From positions 68,389 to 132,388 of the forward strand of contig CDMY01000290.1 in NCBI GenBank assembly GCA_001179505.1: DNA of 64,000 nt, in the 5' to 3' direction. Positions 10,244 through 23,905 of this stretch are shown in pieces. Source of the stretch: Vitrella brassicaformis CCMP3155. Taxonomy: Eukaryota; Protista; Chromerida. The notes below the pieces were generated by a model. The model made no database searches. It worked only from the letters and a program-made list of their open reading frames with translations, and was not told where the DNA came from. The position numbers were made by a program, and so were the translations under genes. Positions within the stretch are counted from its first letter, which is position 1. Every line of letters starts with the position of its first letter.

Positions 10244-13200
10244 ATGGGTACGGTGGAGGCGGTCGAGGGGCCCATGCCGCCAACCAAGGCCGCAGGTGCG
10301 GGTAGCCAGCCACCCAGTGGCCGAGGGAGACCGCGCGGCTGCACTCTGGTGGTGCGCAGTGCCACGTGGGGCAATGACAGCCACGGCCTGTTCGACTACG
10401 AGTCGAGGAACCTTCACAAGAAGACCTTCAAGGTCACCGGCACAGGTGCGTACGGGAGAGTCAGGGAGGGAGGGGAGTGGACGTGTGCACCCGCATGCAT
10501 CTGCACCATGACGTGCATGCAGCTAGCTCACGGCAGGCAGGCCAACGAGAATCGGTGTCCACCTGCTGGCACGGCGCGGTGACCTGCTTGCTTCTGTTTT
10601 CCTCTGTGTGGTTGGTTTGATCAGGTCCGTGTTTATCGTTTCGTGCAGTGCGTGTCGGCACCGATGTGCAGCTGCTGTCAGAACAAGAGGTGAGCCATAG
10701 GGAGACAGACTGCTGTACACCAGCCACCGTGAATGAGAAAGAAGAGGACACTCACTCACTTTTGTGTCGCTCTTTTTTATGCAGGCGATCGAGCTGGCCC
10801 AAACAGAACGGACCAAGACCCTCATGAGAATAGCGTGGGAGGACGGTGAGCATGCCGCAGACCGATGATGGGAACCACATTTAAAGTTGCTCTTGTCTGT
10901 CTGTGTGTGTCGTTGTTTGTTTCAGGTGCGTACTCCATCAGCCAGGCCGACAAGGGCAGCGGTGGCGGGGGCAGCGACAAGCTGTGGATGGTGGTGCGGT
11001 CCCTCAAGACACAGGGCGTCAAGCTCACAGAAAACGACGTTATCAAACTCGGCAGATTCAAACTCAAGTACCGACTCGCTCACACACACACACACACACC
11101 ACCCCCAAACACTGCACACCGCCTCCTCATCTCATTTCGTTTCGTCCCGTGTCATCCATCGATCAGGGTCAAGGAAGTGGTGGCCACGCCCAGTCAGGCC
11201 GACGCGGCCATCGCCCGCGCATCACACCGGCCTGACGACGACGAGATCGAGACCGTGGCACCCGCCGAGCACGAGCACGAGGAAGAGCCCAGCGGCGGCC
11301 ACCCCGAGGACATGGAGGCACATAGCTCCCTCAACCCCTCCCCGATGGTGCGAGAGCCGCCACAAGAGACTTCAGACACCGAGCAGATGGACGCGGCGCC
11401 CGACAGGGACAGGGATGAGGGTCAGGTCACCCACCGGTCGGCCCACTCGTCGGCGGCCTACTCGTATCTGTCGGTGTCGCCCGTGGCTGCGACGACCTTC
11501 ACGCCGATGAGCAACGCCAACACGGCTGTGACGGCCATGACCAACGTGACGGCAGTGCCGCCCACCAACCGGGCCGAGGGGGAGGACGTCACGCCCGTCT
11601 CGACGCTCGGCGGCCAGCAGACCACGGCGGGGGGCGATGACAGCAGGAAGGCCACCAATGACGAGGAGGCCGTGCAGCTCGTCAGACTGCTCGGGTGGGT
11701 GAGAAGGGGAGGGTCTGCAAACGCACCTCATCAGACGGCCGCAAAATGCAGTGCAATGCGTGTGTGTTTTTGGTGTCTGTGTTGCGTGTGTTCAGTGCGC
11801 TTCCGACGCGTCGTTCTCCGACGAATGGGCAGGCGAACATCTGCCGCATTTGTTTGTCCGAGGGCGGTGAGGCGGGGAACCCCCTGATATCGCCATGTCG
11901 ATGCAAAGGCTCCATGCGATTCGTCCACCTACACTGCCTTCGGACCTGGATGGAGGGGCGACTCAACATCAGACAGGTCAGTCAGCTGACTGACATGAGA
12001 CGAGAGAGACGAGATGGCCTGGATGACCAGGCAGGCAGACCAAGGCAAGGTTGGTTTGTGTTGGTGTGTGCAGCAGGACGGCACCCATGCGGGCGCAATC
12101 TTCTGGCGCACACTGGACTGCGAACTCTGCAAGACGCCATACCCAACATTTGTGGTACAATCCCACGCGCACATAAAGGGACAATGGTCGATCTGTCCGT
12201 GTGTGGGTGTGTGTGGGTGTGGGTGCGTGTGCAGGAGGCTGACCACAAGAGCATCGAGCTGTTTGCCATCCCGCGGCCCGAGTACCCCTACCTGATGCTC
12301 GAGGTCATGATGCGACACAGGAACCCTCATACCGGACACGCACAGGCCGGCAGGGGACTGCACATCATCTCACTCGCACACAGAAAAATCGCCAAGATGG
12401 TACACTACACACCCACACGAAGACGCCCACCCTCACGCGAGCAATCAAGGCATGTCTGTCTTTTGTGTGTTGTGTGTGTTGTGTGTATAGGGTCGTGGTC
12501 ACGACAGCGAGGTGCGGATCAGCGACATATCGGTGTCGCGGTGTCACGCCACCCTCCGCTTCCACCGCGGCTGCTTCATACTCGAGGACCATTTTTCAAA
12601 GTTCGGCACACTCGTGGCACTCAAGAAACCATTCAGGCTCGACGTCGGCAACACCATTTCTGTCCAAGTGGGTGTGGTGGAGTGAGTGGGTCACATGTGA
12701 GTGACACGCAGGGCGCCGCATGTGTATTGCGTGTGTGCAGGTCGGTCGGACGGTGCTGACGGTCCAGGTGAAGCGGTCGTGGCGGCTGCTGCCCGGGTGC
12801 TTCAGGAGGACTCATGGCGTGGGCACAGGTGAGGAAGCCCCAGGCAGGGGACGGACGCACTGCACCAGCCAGCAAGCACTCACTGGATGGGTGGAGTGTG
12901 TGGTTTGTGTGCGTGTCGTGCAGATGTCGTGACGACGGATCAGCCGATCGGCAACTTGGCGTCGAACGATGCTGCATCGGGGCAGCGGAGGCACCTCTTT
13001 GCGCCGCCATATCGATTCAACGGGTGAGGAATGAGCCATCCCAGATACATCTCTTGCACACCGAAATACTGCCTTTCTCTTTCAGAAACGGTCGCGCGGT
13101 GCCATTCTTCAACAATCGTCGCCGGGCGCCCCAAGCAGAGGACCCCACACCAGACGACGATGACGAGCAGCAGCAGGAGCCGGCCCCCTTCCACCAGCAG

Positions 13201-13563
13201 CATCCCCTCCAGCTCGCCCTCCCTGCCGAACCAATCATGCCCATGCCTATCATCCACCACCCCCACCCTCCTGCTGACGCCACGCCCCCCACCACACACC
13301 ACCTCGCCCACCAGAACACGGCACACGACGATCTGCACCTGGGCACCATGGCGAGGCTGCATCTGGCTGACGAGGATGAGCATGGCCATGATGACGATCA
13401 ACAGCATCAGGGTGAGGGAGAGGGCGAGCATGAGAGTGGAGATGACGAGGGGGATGGCGTGGCGGCCACTCCGACTGGTTTCACGCCCATGGCTGCGACG
13501 GCTGTCATGCTGGCGATGGAGAGCATGGGCAGCAGGGGGCTGCGGGATGCTGTCAGCCAGTGA
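10244..13563 (+). CDS. FHA-domain and RING-CH (RINGv, C4HC3) protein, probable E3 ubiquitin ligase, multi-exon
   Basis: N-terminal TWGNDSHGLFDYES motif and an FHA-like block (DKLWMVVRSLKTQGVKLTENDVIKLGRFKLK). RING-CH: CRICLSEGGEAGNPLISPCRCKGSMRFVHLHCLRTW...CELCKTPYP. FHA: GRGHDSEVRISDISVSRCHATLRFHRGCFILEDHFSKFGTLV. Confidence 0.92.
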
Positions 13564-13925
13564 CTAACGGAGGGAGGGAGGAGAGGGAGGGCAGGGAGGG
13601 TGTGGGTGTAATATAAGGGGCCGGGGTAATTGGCGGTTACTAGTTGAATGATCAATGATCTGAATTCGTGGCTTTGTATTGTTTTGTCTGTCGTCTTGTT
13701 CTGCTATGAAGTGTGGGTGGCGGTGGGGACGGCCGTGGGGGGCGGTGGGGGCTGGCTCGCTTTTGCTTCTTGCATTGTCTTGTCAGTCAGTCAATGCACA
13801 GAACAATCGGCACAACGTGCACAAATGAATCCCTGCATCGATGCGGGCAGTGGCGGTCTCCTTGTCTGTCTTTTTTTCCTCCTCTTCTTTCTACCACTCC
13901 TGCCCCCCTCCCCCCTCCCTCCTCC

Positions 13926-14225
13926 NNNNNNNNNNNNNNNNNNNNNNNNNNNNNNNNNNNNNNNNNNNNNNNNNNNNNNNNNNNNNNNNNNNNNNNNNNN
14001 NNNNNNNNNNNNNNNNNNNNNNNNNNNNNNNNNNNNNNNNNNNNNNNNNNNNNNNNNNNNNNNNNNNNNNNNNNNNNNNNNNNNNNNNNNNNNNNNNNNN
14101 NNNNNNNNNNNNNNNNNNNNNNNNNNNNNNNNNNNNNNNNNNNNNNNNNNNNNNNNNNNNNNNNNNNNNNNNNNNNNNNNNNNNNNNNNNNNNNNNNNNN
14201 NNNNNNNNNNNNNNNNNNNNNNNNN
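13926..14225. other. Assembly gap (300 N)
   Basis: Run of n from 13926 to 14225, flanked by C/T-rich low-complexity sequence. Confidence 0.99.
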
Positions 14226-14359
14226 CCAACCTCTCTCGCCCCCCTCCCTCTCTCGGTGGGCAGCTGTCAGAGCACCCCCACCAATCCCCTGTGGGTGGGC
14301 GGGCGGGTTTATGTACACCGATCGGTACCTTTTTCCCTCTCTAATCGCACCCATTTGGG

Positions 14360-15290
14360 GGTGGATGGATGGATGGATAAGTGGGTTGGTGAGTGCTTTG
14401 CTGTCCTCTGTTGCGTGGGTGTGGCTGGGTGTGTGTGTGTGTGTGCGACCGACGTGTTGCATGGCATTGCCAATCAGTGGGTGGATGGATGGATGGATGG
14501 ATGGGGATGGGGTACATTGCATTACACACACGGCTTGGCTGGCTTGGCTGCCATGATGCATGGATGTCTCGACACACACATACAATACAGTGGGATCGAC
14601 CACTCACTCACTCAGTCACTCATTCATTCACGCCTTTCTTTACAAAGGTGGAAAGGCGTCACCCATTCATTCATTCTACCCATCTCACTACCAACAATGA
14701 TTCAGTCAGTGCATGTGTGTCCCTCCCTATGTCAGTCAGCCCTAGCCTTGCCCTGCCCTGCTGCCCTGCCCTGCCCTGCTGTCTGTAGTCTCTCCCCCTC
14801 TCTCTCTCCCTATTGTTCCCTTTCTTGCGCCTGTCTGTCTATATCTGGCTGGCTGGCTGGCTGGCTGTCTGGCTGTGAGTGAGTGAGTGATCCCTTTCTG
14901 GGCCCCCTCTTTTTGCATGGCATGCAGGACAGGCACGGTGTGTGGGTGCACGGCTGGCTGGCTGGCTGGCTGGCTGCATGAACGTGGTCTATTTAACCCG
15001 ACTGACTGACATGGTGTCCGTGTGGTGTGTGTGTGCGTCCGTGTGCATTTCACATGTGCCACCCGCCCGCCCACCAGCCCACCCACAGGCAGGGGATTTG
15101 GTGGGGGTGCGTTTATTGATTGTTATCATTCTTTCGTGCATTGATTGTTATTGTATGACGAGACCAAACGTTGTGTACGCTCAATGAGATTTCTTTGTAC
15201 GCACAACACATAATGGATCGGATCTATCATTGATCGGATCGGCACACATACGCCACACACACACACACACGCCACACGCCACACGCAAAT
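14360..15290. repeat. Microsatellite-dense intergenic region
   Basis: Runs of (GATG)n, (GT)n, (CACT)n, (GCCCT)n, (GGCT)n and (CA)n; no credible ORF. Confidence 0.85.
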
Positions 15291-15400
15291 GCCAAGGTCC
15301 AATGTCCACTGTCCACACACACTAAGCCCTTCTCAACAAACAAACACACACTCTTCTTCGTCCATTCATCGCCTCGGCTCTGTGAGGCCTCCGTGGCTAT

Positions 15401-16613
15401 CTACCTCTGTATTACGACTGACGCAGACGCACGGGGCGGCGGCTGTGTGGTCATACGACGGGTATCGGTGGGGTGCATGCCATGTGCCTCGAACAGCTTG
15501 TCATCGAGCATCGCGGTCGACTCCTCCACACACTTGGCCACCATCCTCCAGTAGCCCACCCACTGCATCACCTGCGTGTCCGCCAACACTATGTGCTTGG
15601 CCGGTGTTGGGGAAGGGGTGGTGCTGTGTCCGCTGCTCCCGGTGCTGCTGGCCTGCATCATATCCTTGACTGTCGTCTCTGCTGCTGGTGTGGGTGTGAA
15701 TGCGGGGGCTCCAGGCGGCCGCAGAGGGATGACTTGGTACGGGATTGGTGTCGTTGTTGCTGTGGGTGTTGCGGCAGGCGCGCTCCCGGTTTGGTGGAAG
15801 GCGGCCGCGAGTTCGAGCTGCATCTTGCTAAGGGTCTCGGAGCAGGTCTTCGCCATCTGGTGCAATGCTGCAGTGCAGTGCACCACACATCACATCACAA
15901 CACAGCACAGCACAGCACAGCAGACCACACAGTGTCAGAGCCCACACGGGCTCTCTCCTCTCCTGTCCGTAGGCACCCACGCACCCACCTTGTCCTTCCG
16001 ACTCCTGGAAGAAGACGAATGCGGCGCCCTTGTGCTGCACGGCAGCTGACGGTGTCGGTGGCACTGTTGTCGTAGGACCGACAGTGGTGCTCCTCATCGG
16101 CCCAGTCGCCGCGCCATGTGGGCCAACGCTGGCGGCGTAAGCCTTCGGGCCAGGGCCCGTCTCCTCATCTACGGTAGGAGTGGATGCATTCGACGGCCTC
16201 CCCGTCGTTGTCGGCTGCGGGAACAGCGGCGTGGGCAGGGGGGTGGTGGTAGTGGTGGTGAAGAGGTCATACAACGGCTTGAACACGCTCGATGCGGTGG
16301 TGGTGCTCGGCTGCTGTGTAGTAGTGGGTGGGGCGGAACTGCTGGCCGCCGCGGATGTGTTCATGGTCTGGCCCGTGGCAGTGGGCGAGGGGCTCATGGT
16401 CGTGGTGGATAAACCACCCGCAGCGGCGGTAGGGCCGGATGGGGTGCCATACGGCGATGGCGGCGATGAAGTGGTCACCTGGGAGGGATCTTGCGCTGCT
16501 CGAAGCCTGATCTGCTTACGCACGGCACCTGGCGGCCGCTCGTCTGGCAAAAGATCGCTGCGGTGGGCCGTTGTCGCGGCAACGCTCAGCAACAGCAGAA
16601 AAATGGAATACAT
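15401..16613 (-). CDS. Secreted Thr/Pro/Ser-rich mucin-like protein, two exons
   Basis: Signal peptide MYSIFLLLLSVAATTA, a long T/P/S-rich tract, an intron near 15873-15983, then ALHQMAKTCSETLSKMQLEL...QWVGYWRMVAKCVEESTAML. Confidence 0.7.
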
Positions 16614-16786
16614 CGCGCTGGGGTGAACACGCATTGACTCTGCATGCATTCACGTTGCAATGACAAGGCAATGACGCGTTTTACGCTCGGCTCTAAGTCG
16701 TAAGTCGACGAAGTGGCAGCGCGAACCAACTGCACAGCACGAACTCCGTGTATCCATCTGATTCATCCCGTCTGCAGATCACGAAG

Positions 16787-18509
16787 ATGAGTCTGTTCGC
16801 CGCCGTCTTTGCCGTCTGTGCCTCATCGATGGCAGCAGCTTTCATCGGGCCTGTCGGCGTCCACCAAACAGCACATTCTCTTTCTCCTTGTCAGCGCTTA
16901 CGCATCACTAACAAGGCGCCAGGGCGGCAACTTATCCCAATCAGGCAAGTGCCATGTGCAAGCATCGTATCGTCCTTCATTCGTCTGTGTGTCTTGTCTT
17001 GCCTTTCTGATGCCAGGGCATCATCCTCATCGCCGGGCGATGGCGAGTACTCATCGAGGGACTGGGACAGCATCAGAGGCGGAGATGACGGCACAGCAAG
17101 CTCACCAAGGCGGGGCATCATGTCGTCCGTCGGCGACACAGATGTGATCGTGACCAAGTCTAAATCAGGTGCAGATGTGTTCATGCCGCCGATGCCGTCA
17201 ACCGTTGCCCCCACCGCCGTTATCCACTTCATCGGCGGCACACTGGTGGGGTCGGCACCGAGGGCAGCGTACGGTCCACTGCTTGAGGGCTTGTGTCGGC
17301 TGACGGGCGCCGTCATCGTGGCCACCCCGCTGCCCCTGGCGACTTTTGACCACTTAAGGGCATGTGTGGAGGCCAGCTTGCAGGTGTGTGGGGCGGCAGG
17401 GAGGGAGCGGGGCACTCGCAACGCCAAGCACATGGCGTGTGAAGAACGCTGTGTGTGTGATTGCAGTTTAGCGAGACTGTGCGTGAGGACTTGGGAATGA
17501 CGGAGTCCTCCGTGCCAATCATCGGCATCGGACACTCACTAGGCAAGCCGCCCAATCAGACCCCAGACCACCCATCGATGACACACTGGAGCATGCTGTC
17601 TGTCTGCCTTTCTTTCCTCTCTCGCAACAGGGTCCAAGGTGCTGATGCTGCTGGGCGCCTTGCCCGCCGACAGCAAGGAGCGCCTCAGCCTCATCACGCC
17701 CTCCAGCAACATCTTCCTGGCCTTCAATAACTATGGCGCGTCGCAGTCCATCCCATTTTACAGCCAGTTGCGGTCTGCAGGCCAGCAGCTGGGCGGCCTC
17801 GGACCGTACGGCGACGTCCTTGGCGAGCTTCTTGGTGGCGGTCTGCAGTCGCTCGATGACTCTTACGGCGGCCGGCTGGGCCGTCTTGGGAGGTCCTTCC
17901 TGCGCGAGATGGGTGTCGGCGGCCCGCAGGCCGACAACATGATCAGCAACCTGCCATCGGCGCTCGCCAACCTGCCAGAGGAGTTTACGCCTGATCCCGC
18001 TAGCACGTGGAGGATACTGGAGTCGTCTTATGGGGTGGAGAGGAACGCTGTGATCAAGTTCACGCGGGACGGCATCGATGAGAGCGACAGGCTGGCGGGG
18101 CTGCTGGTGTCCAAGATGGACCCGAAAGGAGGCAGCACCGACTTCATCACGCTGCCAGGTAGAAACCAATGGCACACAAGAAGGATTGATGCACACACAT
18201 TTCTGTCTGACTGTGTGTGTGTGTTTCTGTGTGACTTCAGGTACACATACGACGCCCAATGACTCGAGTGCTCAGCAGCAGACGGGCAGCCTTGCCGTCA
18301 CGACGTCGGCGGCGACGGCCGGGCAATACGGAGGCCCCCCAGCGTATGACGGCGGTCCGTATAAGGCGGGTGCGAGTGAGCCTGAGTTGGAAAAGCTGAC
18401 GTGGGAGATGGCCGGGATACTGAGGAGGTTTATCAAGATGAACAAGGACAGGCGAGAGGTCAGCCAGGGGGGTGACTCAACTGAAGAGAACGAAGAGAAT
18501 GAAGGGTAG
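16787..18509 (+). CDS. DUF1350-family alpha/beta-hydrolase-like protein, probably plastid-targeted
   Basis: Bipartite leader MSLFAAVFAVCASSMAAAFIGP. Family-like motifs HFIGGTLVGSAPRAAYGPLLEGL, IIGIGHSLG/SKVLML, IFLAFNNYGA, EEFTPDP, VIKFTRDGIDES and LPG/THTTP. Confidence 0.8.
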
Positions 18510-19082
18510 CCAGACAGGCAGGCAGGCAGGCACGCGATGCGTGTCGAGTGAATGGGGTCTCGGCGGCCTCTGTCTGTGTGAGGCGTGTGGATATTTGTCT
18601 GTGTGTTGGTGTGACGTGACGAAAGAGATACGATAGATAGATGAGAGTGTCCGGTAGGCAGGCGGTTTATTCGTCGTGGCTGAGGGAGGGAGGGAGGGAG
18701 GGAGGGAGGGAGAACTCAATACGTATATTGATGTGATGTGTGGTCAACGAGGTCCTCTGCGCACCTTTCGCTCACAATCACAATCACGATCACATTCATC
18801 GAAGGGTCCATCAATCCAATCACGCACGGGTGGACTGAACGTCCACAGAAACAGGTCACATTGATTGATTGCCGTCGTTGCCTTCTTTGCCACACACGTG
18901 TGCATTGATTGAGTTAAATCTAGTCACATGCATCATCAAACCCACCAGCTCAGCATAGCCCAGCATCGTCGAAAAAACGAGGGCCCCCGAGGGACCATAC
19001 CCGCCCCCACCGGCCCCGAGCAGCGACCGTTGCCGCCGCCACGAGATACTAGCACCCCCTCCCCCGCCCCTCCACACATGCA

Positions 19083-22000
19083 TCAGCTCTCCCCAGCGAA
19101 TTCATTGATGTAGGGCGACAGCTCCAGCAGCTCGTCGGCCTCATCGTCGGCACGCAGCAGGGGGGGCGAGTCGACGATGGCCTTGCTGGTGGCCAGTACG
19201 GACGAGGCGGCGATGTGTCCGTATAGGAGTGCGAGGACGCGCTCGACAATGCCGTGTGGGAAGGCGAGCGAGCGGCAGACGGTGAGAGCGACCCGCTGGT
19301 CGCGCTGCCTCAGGGCGGCGAACCACTTGTTGGACGTGAAGATCCCCTGAGATGTCAAAGTGAACTCGATCAAACGACGCAATCTACTCACACACACAGG
19401 TGCAGGTGTATGTATTCCCGGATTGTCTTGGGTGTTTGGCAGCTTGCTGACCTCTCCCTGACGGAGCATATGGGGTGGTCTGTCCGCCACCCCAAAGCCA
19501 ACGCCTTGGCCTTGTTGCCCTTGACCGCCGCTGGCACACCAGCCGTCGCCTTCTCGCCCTCACCCTCACTCTCCCCGGCCCGGAACACGAATACCTCACT
19601 GGTGCCGTTGACATGGTCCCCACCGGCCGCAGCTGCCGAACTGGACGCGGCGGGTGGCTGCTGCTCGGTGGCGAGAATGGGGGCAAGGCATGCAGCGGGC
19701 GCCGCACACAGCGCCTCCAACAGCAGCACACGACTGAAGAAACAGAAAGCAGAGAGGAGAAAGGTGGCAATGGTGTGTGTGGTATGCTGTGGTGGTCATG
19801 TCATCGCATTATCGATACCTACCGGTCGTGTGTGAAGGGGTATGCCATCTTGACCTTGACGGATGATCTGGAGCGACCAGCAGCAGCAGCAGCGTGTCGT
19901 GACATGGCAGGAGCGGGCGGCGGGTTGTTGGCGTTGTGGCTCACAGGGGGAGGGATGGCCGAGTGGGGGAACAGCACCGCCTTGGGCACTCTGTACGTGT
20001 GTGCCTCGTCCTCATCCTCATCGCTCTCATCTGCGGTGGCGTCGGTGGGCTGTGGTGGCGCGGCTGCCGCTGCTGCTGCCGCGGCTGGCGCATCGCCCTC
20101 ATCTTTCCCATCCTCACTACTGTCGCCCTCCCCCTCCTGGCTGCTGCCCTCCTCCGGCTGGTTGTGGGTCTCCTCAGGCACGTCCTCATCTGCCTCATCC
20201 TCCTCTGCGTCAGGTCCATCGCTATCGTCGTCACTCAGTGTCAGCTGGGTGGCCTGGGGTGAAGCTTCTTGGGGCGTGTCTGTGTCCGCTTGTGGTAGTG
20301 GAGGCTCCTCTTGCTGTGTGTCGAGGAGGGCCAGGAACGGGGTGACGGGCCGCTCGCTGATGAGACGGGCTATCACCTGATCAAGCAAAAGTATCATGGC
20401 GTTGTGGGCACTTCGGGTGTTTGTGGTTTGTTTGCGGACCCTGATGAGTTCTCTGGCGAGGTGTTGTATCGTCTGTGAGTCAGCCGGGATGGCCGTCTGA
20501 CCGTCCTGCCAAACAAACACCAACCACAACCACAACCACCCTCTCGTGTAAGCGTCTCAGGCTCGCCTCATCCCTTCGGCGCTCACCGTGGCCTGCCACA
20601 GGCGCCTCGCCCATATCAGATCAGTCGTCAACACCAACGCTGCACATAAAGGAGCCCACGAAAGAACGTCAAATGAATGCGGCTCGCGCTCCCTCATCCT
20701 CCGCTCACCCAGCAAATGTGGCTCTCTCTCGACCTTAGCTTTGGCGCCGTCATCCGTCGGTGCGGCAGCAGCCGATGAAGACGACGACTGGCCTGGCGCG
20801 CTCTCGCTGGCACTAGCCGCCGACACAACGGTGGGCCGCTGGAGGGATGTGGTGAGCTTGGCTGCCAGGTCGGCCGCCAAACGCGACACACGCCCGTAGT
20901 CGGCCGTGTGGCGGTGGTACACACTGACGGACGGCGGACGGAAAGGCAGTCAATGAGTGAGCCTGTCTGTCTGTCTGTCTGTGTTTTCCTTGTGTATGGT
21001 ATGTCTGCCAGTGCTCACGAGCATCCGAGCGCATACACCTGGAACCGCAGCCAATCCCTGACGGACGACACGGCCACACACACACATGGGTCCATGGGCG
21101 CACACACATGAACACACGACACACGTACCACCTCTCAACGGTGCCGAAGAGGCTCTGTTTGTATGTCCGCACCGCCCTCTCCACCAGCCCAAGCATCCGC
21201 TCATGCGCAGCGCGGGTCGAGTCGGTAATGGGGATGCGATCCAACACCAGCGCACACAGACGCACCGCCCCCTCCATCCGCACCAGCCTCTCCTTCTGCT
21301 GCTCCCGCCGCCCCTGATCGTTCTCCAGACTCTCCACACGGGTCGTCACGAGGTCGGTCAATTCGTCAAGGTAGCGGATGGTGCGAGGGTCGGGATTGTC
21401 GCACGCGAGAGCGAGGTAGTACATGGCCTTCCTCTCGGCGAAGGCCTTGATGGCGTCGATGGAGTGCCTGCGCGGGTCGATGAGCTGCAGGCCGCCGGTG
21501 TTGTGCGTGGCGGTGGACGAGATGTCGGGTGTCATGGTGGAGATGACGAAGAGCGAGAGGGACAGCATCCGGTGGGCGATGTCGTCGTACTCGCGGATGC
21601 ACGTGGCGCTGCGGATCGTGTGGTGGATCAACTGCATGGACGGACGCAACACACACATCCTGCCGGCCTGCCTGCCTGCCTGCCTGCCGGCGGATGTGTG
21701 TGTTTATCTATGGGGCCTCGCTCACCTGTGCGGTGCTGACGGTCATTTCTGCATTTTCCATCGAGTCGAAGAAGAGCTGTATGTGGCCCTCTGCCCTGAT
21801 GCGGGCATATAGAGACTTCTGCCGCATCAGATGCGCCACGAAAAACGTCGACACCTCGTCGGTGAACCTAGACACACATCAAGTGGTGGATGGCCTCGAC
21901 ACACTGCTTAGCTGATATTGACGTGCATGTGTATGTGCACCATCTGTCGAGTAGGATCCTTGCGAAGTTGGAGTTGAGCAGCGAGGGCCAGAAGGTGTCG

Positions 22001-22407
22001 GGCGGGCCGTTCTGCGCCAGCACGATCAGCAGCCCGATGATGGACGAAGCGCCATCATCCTCCTCCTGCACCCCATCCCATTCCCATTCCCACACACATA
22101 TCAACACAACCACCACACACACACACACACACATGAGCTGCTGATTGCTGTGGTACTCTGATCTGACCTCTCCGAAGCTCTGCAGTGACTCGACGAGGAA
22201 AGCCAGCATGTCATGCAGCGTGTCTGCCGCGAAGAACTGCTGCCGCTTGTTGTCGTCGAACTGCAGACTGAGCGTCAGGTCGTCCACACTCTCTATGAGC
22301 TCGGCGATGTTGCCGTCCTCGAGTGCGTGCCGCAGGTCGGCCAGAGTGGGGAGGTCGCTGTCGTCACTGCCCGCATCCAGTGGGCCAGGGAACATCGACA
22401 CAGACAT
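19083..22407 (-). CDS. Hypothetical protein, multi-exon, helical N-terminal half and acidic/Ala-rich middle
   Basis: A chain of same-strand coding-like exons with GT-AG introns runs from MSVSMFPGPLDAGSDD (22407) through IREYDDIAHRMLSL..., TIQHLARELIRVRK... to GIFTSNKWFAALRQ...INEFAGES* (19083). The start codon and some junctions are uncertain. Confidence 0.62.
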
Positions 22408-22552
22408 GAGATGAGTGAATCAGAGGGGGGTCGCACACGGATGGATCACCGCTGCCGAGCGTAGGAATTCGCAATCAATTGGGTAGAGATGCTGTCGAGC
22501 ACCTCAATAGGCAACCACGATGCTTTAAAAATGATGCTTTCTTCCGTTTTCT

Positions 22553-22579
22553 CGCAGCGGTTTCAGGGAGCACCCTAGG
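22553..22579 (+). promoter_or_regulatory. Recurrent promoter motif, copy A (upstream of SEC22)
   Basis: CGCAGCGGTTTCAGGGAGCACCCTAGG. The first 24 bp are identical at 49363 and 25/26 match the reverse strand at 35773-35798. Confidence 0.6.
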
Positions 22580-22724
22580 TGGCCTGACGGCCAAGTCCCC
22601 TTCCGTTTTCTCGAGTTGCGAGCTTAGCTGGCCTTACGCCTCCGCGCTGTTGTGGACGTCTCCGGTAATGGGCAGATAGATCATCAATCAAAAGATCCCA
22701 GCTTGCGGCAATCACATCACAAGA

Positions 22725-23905
22725 ATGCCTCGTCTGACGTTCATAGCTCGTGCGACGGACGGTTTGATCTTGGTAGAGACCTGGGACGACATCAACAACA
22801 ACAAGAGCCTGCAGACGTTCAAGCAGCAGGCCAAGCAGCTGCTCAAGAAGCTCGACCAAGCCCCGCCCAGATGCTCCGTCGACTCATCCACACACACCTT
22901 CCAGTGAGGCAGGCAGGCAGGCAGGCACAGGCGACACACCACACACCTGACACAACACAAGCACCGAGAATTGTCTGTCTGTCTGTCTGTCTGTGTGTGC
23001 TTTGTGTCCTGTTGCGATTTATTGAATCATCCCATCAGTTACTTGTGTGACAGCGGCATCTGTTACATGACGCTGTGCGAGAAGTCCTACCCCAAGAAGC
23101 TGGCCTTCTCCTTCCTCGAGGAGATCCACAGGGCCTTCCAGGAGGAACTCAAGCGGGAATTCGGCACACACTCCGTCGACTACCGCTCCCAGATCGAAAC
23201 CGTCGAGAAACCTTACTACTTCATCAAATTCGGTCAGTCACACACTCACACACAGACACACACACACAAGGAAACTGGGTGCTCTTCCTTCCCATGGCGT
23301 CGCTGTGACCGTGGTTGACTGACGTGGTGTGCTGTACGGGTGTGGTCAGACCGAACGATTCAGCGGAAGAAGATGGAGTACCGCGACCCCCGGTCGAACA
23401 AGGCGCTGCAGAAGCTCAACGACAGCCTCACTGAGGTGGCCTCCATCATGAGACAAAACATCGACGAGGTCCTGCAGAGGGGAGAAAACCTTGAAGGTCC
23501 GTCCGCCAAGCAGCACCACACACACAGCCGCACACGGGCCATCCATCATCCTGCGTACTTTTCTGCATGTATGTCTGATGTCTGTCTGCTTGTGTCATTC
23601 CTTCATTCAGATGTGGGGAGGAAAGCGACGAGCCTCAAGTACGAGTCCGACAAGGTACAGTACACGTCACGTGGGGGATGCAAGGAGGGAGGCTGTAGGG
23701 TGGTCGACACACGACGGTCGTGTTGGACAAAACCCCTCGGGACCTGCTGCTGTCTGTGGCATGTGGCATGTGTGTATGTCAGTTTCGGAAGGCGGCCCAC
23801 ACGTTGAATCTGCAGGCACTCGCCCGGCAGTATGCGCCGCTGCTGGTCATCGGTGGGGTCATCTTTCTCTTCATTGTATACAAAGTCTTCTCGTGGACCA
23901 GATAG
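22725..23905 (+). CDS. SEC22: SEC22 longin R-SNARE, five exons
   Basis: MPRLTFIARATDGLILVETWDD, YMTLCEKSYPKKLAFSFLEEIHRAF, TVEKPYYFIKF/DRTIQRKKMEYRDPRS, LNDSLTEVASIMRQNIDEVLQRGENLE and a C-terminal TM segment YAPLLVIGGVIFLFIVYKVF. Confidence 0.96.

Noticed and set aside
13648-14882. Long ORFs spanning the poly-X stretch
   Set aside because: Artefacts of the 300-N gap and flanking simple repeats.
16642-16649. TGCATGCA, a known ApiAP2-binding motif, in a divergent promoter
   Set aside because: The same word occurs in introns (near 10513 and 52769) and TGCATG-like words are common here, so no enrichment can be claimed.
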